A stretch of DNA of 62,606 nt, from the NCBI GenBank assembly GCA_902766695.1, contig CACXEY010000254.1, forward strand, positions 1 through 62,606, given 5' to 3'. Below are positions 1 to 8,191 of the stretch, one piece after another. The DNA is from an uncultured bacterium (GTDB lineage: Bacteria; Verrucomicrobiota; Kiritimatiellia; CAIQIC01; Lenti-01). Under the pieces are notes generated by a model. The model did no database searches. It was not told where the DNA came from and worked only from the letters and a program-made list of their open reading frames with translations. A program made the translations under genes and the position numbers. How positions within the stretch are numbered: the first letter of the stretch is position 1; each line of letters starts with the position of its first letter.

Positions 1-30
1 CTGTAGACATCCCTCCCGCCCCCCTTTCAT

Positions 31-529
31 TGTCCGCGAAGCGGTTTTCATGCTTTCCATGCCGAAACCCATTGTCAGGAATTGCCATCATTGTCTGACA
101 AGCCCCCCACGCTCCCGGGCAAAGGGAACCCTGTCGCATGTCCGCGACATCATCTCTGGCATTTTCATCGTCTCAAATCGACGATTTTTGTTTTCCGGCT
201 TGCCATCGATTGTAATCGATGGAATGCCGACGAGCCCGAACTCGACCGCGTGCCCGACCACTACCCGCGTTTCGTCGTCTCGATGGACCCCGTGGACCTG
301 TCCCGGGACGGCATCCGCCACCTCAACATCTGCGACTTCCTCGAAGAAGAGTGATTTCCGCGTCTCCTCGTCCCCACGTCTCCGCGCGGGCTTTTCTCCC
401 GTTTTCTGCCCGTACCCCATCCGTTTTCCCCCTTCCGAGTTCACGCAGCGGTTTTCAAGTCTTCCAATGTTTCTCTCTCCCCCATCCAAGCCGTTCCTGT
501 CCGCGCATCGGTTTTCTTGGGTTTCAATG
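31..529 (+). repeat. three direct copies of a ~31-nt motif (31-61, 439-469, 498-529)
   Basis: Read directly: tgtccgcgaagcggttttcatgctttccatg / gttcacgcagcggttttcaagtcttccaatg / tgtccgcgcatcggttttcttgggtttcaatg, all in apparently non-coding DNA at the left edge. Confidence 0.5.
190..354 (+). pseudogene. possible 3' remnant of an AAA-ATPase (AAA_14/DUF4143-type) gene
   Basis: The tail of ORF 82..354 reads DEPELDRVPDHYPRFVVSMDPVDLSRDGIRHLNICDFLEEE. This resembles the typical C-terminus of DUF4143 ATPases (..YPKYV.S.D....S..GI.H.NI.DFL). No ATPase body lies upstream in any frame. Confidence 0.25.
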
Positions 530-573
530 AAGACATCCCCTCGCACTTTTCCGCCCGTAGGGCGCACCGCATC

Positions 574-601
574 TTGTCACTCGTCACTTGCCACTTGTCA
601 C
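574..601. repeat. tandem heptamer array (TTGYSAC family) x4
   Basis: ttgtcac tcgtcac ttgccac ttgtcac, followed by tgcgcg. The same context (caccgcatc-array-tgcgcgc) recurs at 43452-43487. Confidence 0.8.
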
Positions 602-686
602 TGCGCGGCTGAAAGCCGCACCTCCCCAAAAACGGCGCCCCTCCACCTCACCCTCGTCCCCGCCCCCTGGCGCCCCGCGCCCCGGT

Positions 687-2027
687 TCAGTCCACGAACA
701 CCTCGTCGAAGCCTGCCGCGTCCAGGCGCCCAAGGCACTCCGCCAACGCCCCGAGCGAGACGTCCCCGTCCACCCGCAGCTCCACCGGAGCGCGCTCCCC
801 GGACAGAACCTCCTCCAGCGACGACGCGACCGCCAGCAGCGTCTCGTTCTCCGCCAGTCCCCTCCCGGCCAGCTCCGACGGCGCGAACGTCCGCAATTCG
901 CCCGCCAGACCCCCTTCCCGCGACAGCCGCAGGGCCCAGTACGGCGTTCCCGGCCGTAGATGAACGTCGGGCGACCGCACCGTCAAGACCCCCTCCGAAT
1001 GCGGACGGATGGAGTGCATCACCCCGCGCCGGATGGGCAGCAATCCCTCCGGCGTCCGGAAATAATACCCGCCGTAATGCCGCATCAGCGCGCTGTACGC
1101 CATCGCCGCGCCCACCTCCGCCTCCGGTCCCGCCGCCAGCGGCACAACGAACACCTCCCGCCCGCCCGTCCACGGCAAGTCAGACCGCTTCCGCAGCGCG
1201 CGCGCCGAAGGCGAATCCCCCAGCCGCGTCCCGAACTCGTTCCGCCCGTCCGTCCAGAACCACAGCCACGCATCCTCCCCGCCAACCTCCGGACGCTCCA
1301 CCCAGAGGTCGTACCACGCCAGCATCGCCGCATGCCGCCAACTCCGCACCGCCGGGAGCGGCTCCTGACCCGACCACAACCGCTGCCCCGCCCGCGGCGT
1401 CTGCCCGTCCCACGCCATGAACACCCAGAGCGCGACCGCCGCCGGCGCCAGCAGCAGCTTCCAGCCCAGCCGCCACCGGTGCCCGTCCAGCCACGCCGTC
1501 CACGCCACCGTCAACACCCCCGCCATCGCCACCGTGGCCAACAACACCCCCTCGTCGGCGACGCTCGAAGTATGCCACACATCCCTCCCTCCCATCACGA
1601 TGCCCAAAATCCACAGCGCCCCGCAAGCCACCCCATACGGCGCGAAAAACCACAGCGACCGGAGCGTCCTCTTCCCCCAAGCCGCCCCGTCCGGCGACTT
1701 CTTTCGCTCCGCCGCCATCCACAGCGTCAGCAGCCACGACGCCACGACCAGATACACCACCCCCGCCATCGCCACCGACGCATACATCGCCCCGCCGCCC
1801 TCGTCCGTCCCCCCTTGAAGGAACGGCATCCACTCCGCGTGCGGCCCCGTCTCCGCCGGAATCCACCCCGGTCCCGGCCAGATTCCGGCCCGCCCGGCCC
1901 GTCCGGCCACCCACGACACCCCCATCAACAGCACAAGCGCCACCAGCCCCCCGACCACCCCCAGCTTCACCAACCCGACCGCCCACCGCACCGCCCCCGT
2001 CTCCTTCCGTTTTCCCGTCGCATTCAT
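687..2027 (-). CDS. hypothetical multi-pass membrane protein with a weak ExbD/TolR-like C-terminal segment
   Basis: ORF 687..2063 begins with TTG; the first ATG is at 2027. It has several hydrophobic segments (VGLVKLGVVGGLVALVLLMGVSWVAG, VAMAGVVYLVVASWLLTLWMAA, WFFAPYGVACGALWILGIVMGG). The C-terminus VELRVDGDVSLGALAECLGRLDAAGFDEVFVD is loosely ExbD-like. No family was recognised. Confidence 0.6.
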   Translation of the reverse strand: MNATGKRKETGAVRWAVGLVKLGVVGGLVALVLLMGVSWVAGRAGRAGIWPGPGWIPAETGPHAEWMPFLQGGTDEGGGAMYASVAMAGVVYLVVASWLLTLWMAAERKKSPDGAAWGKRTLRSLWFFAPYGVACGALWILGIVMGGRDVWHTSSVADEGVLLATVAMAGVLTVAWTAWLDGHRWRLGWKLLLAPAAVALWVFMAWDGQTPRAGQRLWSGQEPLPAVRSWRHAAMLAWYDLWVERPEVGGEDAWLWFWTDGRNEFGTRLGDSPSARALRKRSDLPWTGGREVFVVPLAAGPEAEVGAAMAYSALMRHYGGYYFRTPEGLLPIRRGVMHSIRPHSEGVLTVRSPDVHLRPGTPYWALRLSREGGLAGELRTFAPSELAGRGLAENETLLAVASSLEEVLSGERAPVELRVDGDVSLGALAECLGRLDAAGFDEVFVD

Positions 2028-2495
2028 GTTACCATCCTGCCAATTTTTTCGCCCCTCTGTCAATCCCCGCCCCGCCCCCCTCCCGCCCCATCCCGGCCAC
2101 TTGCGATATCAAGGAAAAACAACGGCTTCCGCCCGATTTCCCCCTGCATCCCCTCCCATGGAATTTTCCCGCCCGCCCCCGTGTACGACGCCCTCTTTTC
2201 GATTCTCCCCACCCACGCCCTCTCCCGTCCATTTGCACCCACGCCACCTCGTCCGAACCACTCTTGGAAACAGGAAAAACCTTGAGTTTTCCCCCTGTTT
2301 TCCCCCACACCGGTGGACCATGAATGCGAGGGGGCCTTCCCGTCCCTCCGGCGGCGGAAAAACGGTTTACCTCCCCCCCTCCCCCCGGCATTGCCAAGGC
2401 CCCCTCCGCGGGGGTACAGTCGGGGCGTAACGATACGAGAGAAACACGGGTCCGCGGCGTTCGCGGGCCGAACAGCAGGAAGGAAGAGGTACGGC

Positions 2496-2732
2496 ATGGA
2501 GCAAGGGTCGCGGTCGCTGATGATCATATTGTGCGTGGCGCTGGTGCTGGGAGCGCTGGTGGTGGGGTTCCATCCGGCTTACCGGAACGCCCTGCTGTCC
2601 ATCGCCGGCGGCCACCCCGAGGAATCCCCCATCTGGCAGGCCAACCGCGACTACTATCCCGACGTCTCGCTCCCGGCCGCCCCCGCCGCCGCCGAAGCGG
2701 AAGCCCCGGCCGCCCCCGCCGAGTCCCTCTGA
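2496..2732 (+). CDS. small single-pass membrane protein (78 aa) with an Ala/Pro/Glu-rich tail
   Basis: Internal ATG of ORF 2313..2732, preceded by AGGAAGAGG. The product MEQGSRSLMIILCVALVLGALVVGFHP... has one TM helix. The gene lies 37 nt upstream of comEC on the same strand. Confidence 0.4.
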   Translation: MEQGSRSLMIILCVALVLGALVVGFHPAYRNALLSIAGGHPEESPIWQANRDYYPDVSLPAAPAAAEAEAPAAPAESL

Positions 2733-2769
2733 TTCCCGCCCGTTCCCCCCTGATACCCGGAGAGTCCCC

Positions 2770-5700
2770 ATGACCCAGAACAAGCTCATCGCATTCTGCT
2801 ACCTGTTCATCATCGGCATCGCCGTGGCGATGGCCTTCCCGCTGGCGGCCTCGGCCCTGGCGCCCCTGTGGCTGCTGACGGTGCTCCTCGGCGCGGCGAG
2901 CCTGGCGGCGCTGGCGCTGCTACGCAAGTGGCGTCCCCCGGTGGAGAGCGAGAGCGTGTACGACGCGCCGTTCCGCTTCGACGGCCTCCAGACGGGCGTA
3001 TGGGCGCTGGTCCTCGTGACGGGCTTCGTCTTCGGCTACACCCGCTACCTGGCGATGATCCAGTCCCCCGACCGCCTCATCGCGCACGTGACGGTGGAAG
3101 ACGGCCGCGCCATGATGGAGGAGCCCCGCGACCTGGGCGAGACCGGTTTCCTGGCCATCCGCCTGGCGTCGCGGGCGGAGAGCGAAATCCGCCTGCGCCT
3201 GGTGGGCGAGACGGACGCGCTCCTGCCGGTCCCGGACGCCGCGGGCAAGCCGACCCTCGACGCCGACGGCCGCTGGGCCTTCACCCAGACGACGCTCCCG
3301 CAGCCGGGCAACGAGATCGTGATTCCCGAGGGCGCGCGCCCCGGGACGGTGGTCGTGGTCGAGCAGCCCTACACGCGCCTGAAAGGCATCGAAGTGGTGT
3401 CGGCTCCCGCGCGCGCGCGTTTCGATATCGTGAAGCCGGTGAACACGGTCTCGCTCTTCGCCCGCCACGGCCGCAACGTGGTGCCGGTGCGCGTGTTGGG
3501 ACGGATCACGGCGGACCCGTGGGTGTACTCCTTCAAGACGGTGCTCTCCATCACGCCGGCCTTCATCCAGTACCAGCCCGACGGCCCCTACCTCCCGATC
3601 GACCGCCAGACCATCCGCGTCACCGTCGAGCCCGACCTCCCCGGCTACTCCGAAATCGCCCGCAGCGCCGCCTACGGCTACGATGTCGCCTTCGGCGGCC
3701 AGCTCATCTCCCCCTCCGGCGCCGCGACGGCGGGCTCCTTCGACCAGGCCAAGTACCTGCGCAACTACAACATCGGCGGCCAGGTCACCCTCAAGGCCAC
3801 CCAGAACGCGTTCGACGTGATCGTCCCCCGCGGCGCCACCGCCCCGCGCGAAGGCAACGGCCTCGTCGAGTTCTCCCTGTACCTGCGCGACGAAATCGTG
3901 CGGGTGATCAAGCAGACCATGCCGCAGCCGAACAGCGCCTTCCTGGGCGCCCTGACCCTCGGCCTCCGCTACGGCATGCAGAACACCCGCTCCATCGCCT
4001 CGGGCGACTACGACGACGCGACCGTCGCGCCCATCCTGGACTTCGGGTCCGACAGCGACGAACTGATCGCCGACGAATTCAAGGCGTCCGGCATCAACCA
4101 CGTCCTGGCCGTCTCCGGCCTGCACGTCACCATCATCACCATCATGTTCATGGGCATCTTCACCCTGCTGAAGATTTCCAAGAAGGTGTACGTCCCCTTC
4201 GTCGTCTTCGCCCTCGTCGTCTTCGCGATCATCACCGGCGCCCGTCCCTCGACCCTGCGCGCGGTCATCATGAACTCCCTCTTCCTTCTCACCTGGGGCT
4301 ACATGGGCCAGGGCGTCCGCTCCTCCGCCCTGCTCGGCGTGCCGGTCGCGGCGTTCATCATCCTGATCCAGAACCCCGCGATGGCGGTCGACCCGTCCTT
4401 CACCCTCTCCTTCGGCGCCATCCTCTCCCTGGCGTTGCTCACGCAACCCTTCTTCGACCTCTTCAAGAAGGCGCAGGGCAACGACTTCATCGCCCTGTGC
4501 ATCCTCGTGGCGGTCCTCACGTGGGTCTTCGCCGCGCACTGGCTGCTGGCGACGACGGTCCGCTTCTGGATCCTCTTCGCGGTGCTGGCGGCGGTGCTCT
4601 TCGGGCTCTCCAAGGCCCTGACGAAGCACGGCTTCACGCCCATCGGCAACTACGGCTTCGCGGACATCCCCGTCGGCATCTCCGGCTTCATCGCCGCGCA
4701 GTTCGGCATGCAGATCGGCATGATGATCCCCCTGAGCGCCTACTACTTCTACCGCTGGCCCGTCGCCGGCGCCTACGCCAACCTCCTGGCCATCCCGCTT
4801 GTCGGCGTCGTCCTGCAGCTCTCCATGCTGGCGGGCCTCATCGGCCTCATCCCGGGGATCGGCATCTACATCGCCCTCTTCCTGAACGCCGCCAACTGGA
4901 TCTTCTCCACCGGCTTCCTCCTCATCGGCCGCTACTTCTCCAGCTGGTTCGTGTACCCCTTCGTGACCAAGCCCACCCTCGCCTGGCTCTTCGCCTACTA
5001 CGCCTGCTGCGCCCTCTTCGTCTGGTGGCGTCCCCTCTGGTACCGCCACGCCCGGCCCGTCTGGCGCCGCGCCTCCGCCTCCGCCCGCGTCTTCTCCGTC
5101 GCGGCCCTGCTGGCCGTCGTCCTGCTGGCCGCGTGCGGCCTGCGCGCCCAGAAGACCGCCATGCTCGACGAAGGCCGCCTCGACGTCGCCGTCCTCTCCG
5201 TCGGCTACGGCTCCGGCATCTACGTCGGCACCCCCGACGGCAAATCCATCCTGATCGACACCGCGTTCGTCCAGACCGACCGCGGCCGCCGCAACGACGC
5301 CGAGCGCACCATCATGCCCTTCCTCTGCTCCCGCCAGATCAAGCGCCTAGACGCCCTGATCCTCACCTCCGGTGCCCCCGAGCACACCGCCGGCCTGCCG
5401 ACCCTCCTCGAATACCTCGACATCGACGAACTCCTCTATCCCGCCTCCGCCGCCTCCGCCCTCGACCGGCCCGAAATCGCGTCCATCCTGACCGAGCGCA
5501 CCGCCTTCCGTCACCATCTCTCCGACACCGAGATCCCGCGCCGTGTCCTGGCCGCCGGCGAACGCCTCTTCGAGACCGAATACGACGGCAAGCCCTTCGC
5601 CATCGAAGTCCTCGGCCCGGCCGCCGGCGACGCTTCGGCCCCCCTCACCCTCCGCCTCGTCTACGGCGACGCCTCCCTCCTCCTCTGCGGCGAACTGACC

Positions 5701-6126
5701 TTCGCCCAGCAGCAGGCCCTCCTCGACCGCGTCCCCGCCGACGCCCTTGCCTCCGACGTCGTCATCGCCCCCGCCCACGGCACCGCGGGCCTCGACGAAG
5801 TGACCGTCGGCATGCCCAATGACTACGACACCCGCCTCGCCACCGTCACCGGCGAACTCCTCAAGCGCAGCGGCGCCGACACCGTCATCTACGAATTCGG
5901 CAACCCGCGTCCCGTCGTCCAGGACAAATACAAGATCGCCGTCCGCCTCCACGGCGCCGCCAAGCGCGCCGCCGAAGAAGCCCTGCCCGATGCCGACATC
6001 CTGGCGACCGACATCGCCGGCTCCATCACCCTCCTCACCGACGGCACCGCCTGGACCGTCTCCACCCGCTTCCTCACCGAAGCCGGCGACACCGACGCCC
6101 CCACCTCCCTCGAAGTCGGCTGGTAA
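2770..6126 (+). CDS. comEC: ComEC/Rec2 family DNA-internalisation competence protein
   Basis: Competence-domain signature GINHVLAVSGLHVTIITIMF and more than 10 hydrophobic segments. The C-terminal metallo-beta-lactamase-like domain reads VAVLSVGYGSGIYVGTPDGKSILIDT...LILTSGAPEHTAGL. GGAGAG lies upstream of the ATG. Confidence 0.9.
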   Translation: MTQNKLIAFCYLFIIGIAVAMAFPLAASALAPLWLLTVLLGAASLAALALLRKWRPPVESESVYDAPFRFDGLQTGVWALVLVTGFVFGYTRYLAMIQSPDRLIAHVTVEDGRAMMEEPRDLGETGFLAIRLASRAESEIRLRLVGETDALLPVPDAAGKPTLDADGRWAFTQTTLPQPGNEIVIPEGARPGTVVVVEQPYTRLKGIEVVSAPARARFDIVKPVNTVSLFARHGRNVVPVRVLGRITADPWVYSFKTVLSITPAFIQYQPDGPYLPIDRQTIRVTVEPDLPGYSEIARSAAYGYDVAFGGQLISPSGAATAGSFDQAKYLRNYNIGGQVTLKATQNAFDVIVPRGATAPREGNGLVEFSLYLRDEIVRVIKQTMPQPNSAFLGALTLGLRYGMQNTRSIASGDYDDATVAPILDFGSDSDELIADEFKASGINHVLAVSGLHVTIITIMFMGIFTLLKISKKVYVPFVVFALVVFAIITGARPSTLRAVIMNSLFLLTWGYMGQGVRSSALLGVPVAAFIILIQNPAMAVDPSFTLSFGAILSLALLTQPFFDLFKKAQGNDFIALCILVAVLTWVFAAHWLLATTVRFWILFAVLAAVLFGLSKALTKHGFTPIGNYGFADIPVGISGFIAAQFGMQIGMMIPLSAYYFYRWPVAGAYANLLAIPLVGVVLQLSMLAGLIGLIPGIGIYIALFLNAANWIFSTGFLLIGRYFSSWFVYPFVTKPTLAWLFAYYACCALFVWWRPLWYRHARPVWRRASASARVFSVAALLAVVLLAACGLRAQKTAMLDEGRLDVAVLSVGYGSGIYVGTPDGKSILIDTAFVQTDRGRRNDAERTIMPFLCSRQIKRLDALILTSGAPEHTAGLPTLLEYLDIDELLYPASAASALDRPEIASILTERTAFRHHLSDTEIPRRVLAAGERLFETEYDGKPFAIEVLGPAAGDASAPLTLRLVYGDASLLLCGELTFAQQQALLDRVPADALASDVVIAPAHGTAGLDEVTVGMPNDYDTRLATVTGELLKRSGADTVIYEFGNPRPVVQDKYKIAVRLHGAAKRAAEEALPDADILATDIAGSITLLTDGTAWTVSTRFLTEAGDTDAPTSLEVGW

Positions 6127-6136
6127 GCCCCCCCAA

Positions 6137-6217
6137 GGACTTGCGACTTGCGACGGGCGACTTGTTTTTCCCCGAGCCCCTCCAAGCCCAAGTCGCAAGT
6201 CGCAAGTCGCCAAGTCC
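6137..6217. repeat. long hairpin built from inverted heptamer arrays (GACTTGC)n / (CAAGTCG)n; possible terminator between comEC and the prepilin peptidase gene
   Basis: The left arm ggacttgcgacttgcgacgggcgacttg (6137-6164) is followed by ttttt. The right arm caagtcgcaagtcgcaagtcgccaagtcc (6189-6217) is its near-perfect reverse complement. Confidence 0.6.
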
Positions 6218-6227
6218 TTCCCATCCC

Positions 6228-7055
6228 ATGCTCCCCCTCCCCCCCCCCGCCTACGCCGTCGCCTCCGCCTTCGTCTTCCTGACCGGCCTCTGCATCGGCA
6301 GCTTCCTGAACGTCTGCATCTGGCGCATCCCCCGCGACGAATCCATCGCCTGGCCCGGCTCCCACTGTCCCGCGTGCAACCACCCCCTCTCCGTCCTCGA
6401 CAACATCCCCCTGCTCTCCTGGCTGTTCCTGCGCGGACGCTGCCGCTACTGCAAGGCCCCCATCACCCCGCGCTACTTCCTCGTCGAACTCCTGACCGGC
6501 CTCCTCTTCTTCCTCCTCTGGTGGACCCGCGGCATCACCTGGACGACCCCCGTCTACATCCTCTACGCCTGCGCCCTCGTGGTCGGCGCCTTCATCGACA
6601 TCGAGCACCTGATCCTACCCGACCGCATCACCCTCGGCGGCATGGTCACCGGCCTCGTCCTCTCCCCCCTCTGGCCGCCCCTCCAAGGCGAAACCGCCCG
6701 CCTTCCCGCTTTCTGCTCATCCCTCGTCGGCCTCGTCCTCGGCTACGGCCTCCTCTGGCTGGTGGCGGTCCTCGGCCGTGCCGCCCTCAAGCGCGAAGCC
6801 ATGGGCATGGGCGACTGGAAACTCCTCGGCGCCATCGGTGCCTGCCTCGGCTGGAAGGCGGTCCTCTTCACCGTCCTCGTCTCCTCCCTGACCGGCACCC
6901 TCACCGGCTTCGCGTTCATCCTCCTCGGCCGCAAGGAATGGCAAAGCCGCATCCCCTACGGCCCCCACCTCTCCCTCGCCGCCATCCTCTGGCTCCTCTG
7001 CGGCCCCGAACTCCTCTCCCTCTACCTCTCCTGGGCCCTCCCCCCCGTCTCATGA
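6228..7055 (+). CDS. pilD: prepilin peptidase (peptidase A24, PilD/GspO type)
   Basis: LCIGSFLNVCIWRIP; zinc-knuckle CPACNHPL...CRYCKAPI; catalytic Asp boxes GAFIDIEHLILPD and GMGDWKLLGAIG. The ATG at 6228 was chosen because the upstream part of ORF 6141..7055 lies inside the hairpin repeat. Confidence 0.9.
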   Translation: MLPLPPPAYAVASAFVFLTGLCIGSFLNVCIWRIPRDESIAWPGSHCPACNHPLSVLDNIPLLSWLFLRGRCRYCKAPITPRYFLVELLTGLLFFLLWWTRGITWTTPVYILYACALVVGAFIDIEHLILPDRITLGGMVTGLVLSPLWPPLQGETARLPAFCSSLVGLVLGYGLLWLVAVLGRAALKREAMGMGDWKLLGAIGACLGWKAVLFTVLVSSLTGTLTGFAFILLGRKEWQSRIPYGPHLSLAAILWLLCGPELLSLYLSWALPPVS

Positions 7056-7125
7056 CGGTGGGCGGTCCCGCCCGCCGCTTCTCCCCATGTCCCGCGCCCC
7101 GCCGGAAACGGCGGGATTCCCTCCC

Positions 7126-8145
7126 TCACCACACCCTTCTCGTCTCCCCCGGGAACAGCCGCCCGAACAGCAAATCCTTCAGCTCCTCCACGCCCTCCCC
7201 CAGCGCCGCCGAAATCGGCAGCACCGGCTCCTTGATCTTCCGCTTGAACGCCGCGAGGTTCTTCTTCGCCCCCGGGTCGTCCATCTTGTTCGCGACAATC
7301 GCGTACGGCCTCTCCGCCAGCTCCGGATTGTACAGCCGCAGCTCCTCCCGCAGGCTCGCGTAGTCCTCCGCCGGCTTCCGCCCGTCCACCCCGGCCATGT
7401 CGATCACGAACAGCAGGAAATGCGTCCGCTCGATGTGCCGCAGGAAGTCGTGCCCCAGCCCCACCCCCTCGTGCGCCCCCTTGAGGAGACCGGGGATGTC
7501 GGCCACGCGCGTCCGGTGGAAATCGTCGAAGATCACCGTCCCCACCTGCGGATGCAGCGTCGTGAACGGATACGCCGCCACCTTCGGCCGCGCCGCGCTC
7601 AGCTGCGAAAGCAACGTGGACTTCCCCGCGTTCGGGTAGCCCACCAGCCCGACTTCCGCGACCGTCTTCATCGTGAGCCGCAGCGTCTTGATCTCGCCCG
7701 GCGTCCCCTCCGTGTACTCCGTCGGCGCCTGGTGCGTGCTGCTGATGAAGTGGAGGTTCCCCTTTCCCCCGCGCCCGCCCTGCGCGACCTTGAGCCGGTC
7801 CCCGTCCGCGAGAACCTCGCCGACGAACTCGCCGGTATCCAGGTCCACGACCTCGGTCCCGAGCGGCACCGGCACGACCTTGTCGGCCCCGCCCTTGCCG
7901 TACTGCTGGCGGTTCCGCCCCTTCTCGCCGTGCTGCGCGCGCACGATGGGCGCGAAATGCAGGTCGAGCAGCGACGACACGTCCTTGCTCGCCTGCAGCC
8001 ACACGCTGCCGCCGTTGCCGCCGTCGCCGCCGTCCGGCCCCCCGTGGGGCAGGAACTTGGCCCGCAGGAACGTCGCCGCCCCGTCGCCGCCGTTGCCGGC
8101 GAACGCCTGGATGCGCACCATGTCCACGAACGTGATCGGTTTCAC
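7126..8145 (-). CDS. obg: GTPase Obg/CgtA
   Basis: Glycine-rich Obg fold FVDMVRIQAFAGNGGDGAATFLRAKFLPHGGPDGGDGGNGGSVW. G motifs GYPNAGKST, DIPGL and NKMD are present. GTG start. Confidence 0.95.
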   Translation of the reverse strand: MKPITFVDMVRIQAFAGNGGDGAATFLRAKFLPHGGPDGGDGGNGGSVWLQASKDVSSLLDLHFAPIVRAQHGEKGRNRQQYGKGGADKVVPVPLGTEVVDLDTGEFVGEVLADGDRLKVAQGGRGGKGNLHFISSTHQAPTEYTEGTPGEIKTLRLTMKTVAEVGLVGYPNAGKSTLLSQLSAARPKVAAYPFTTLHPQVGTVIFDDFHRTRVADIPGLLKGAHEGVGLGHDFLRHIERTHFLLFVIDMAGVDGRKPAEDYASLREELRLYNPELAERPYAIVANKMDDPGAKKNLAAFKRKIKEPVLPISAALGEGVEELKDLLFGRLFPGETRRVW

Positions 8146-8191
8146 CGCCGCACTCCTTCCGCACTGCGCCGCGCACCGGCGGCGCGGCCGT

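Noticed and set aside
50-2285. Plus-strand ORFs 50..1420 (456 aa) and 960..2285 (441 aa).
   Set aside because: They are Pro/Arg/Ser-rich shadows opposite the membrane-protein gene 687..2027 and the repeat-rich non-coding DNA. No motifs were seen.
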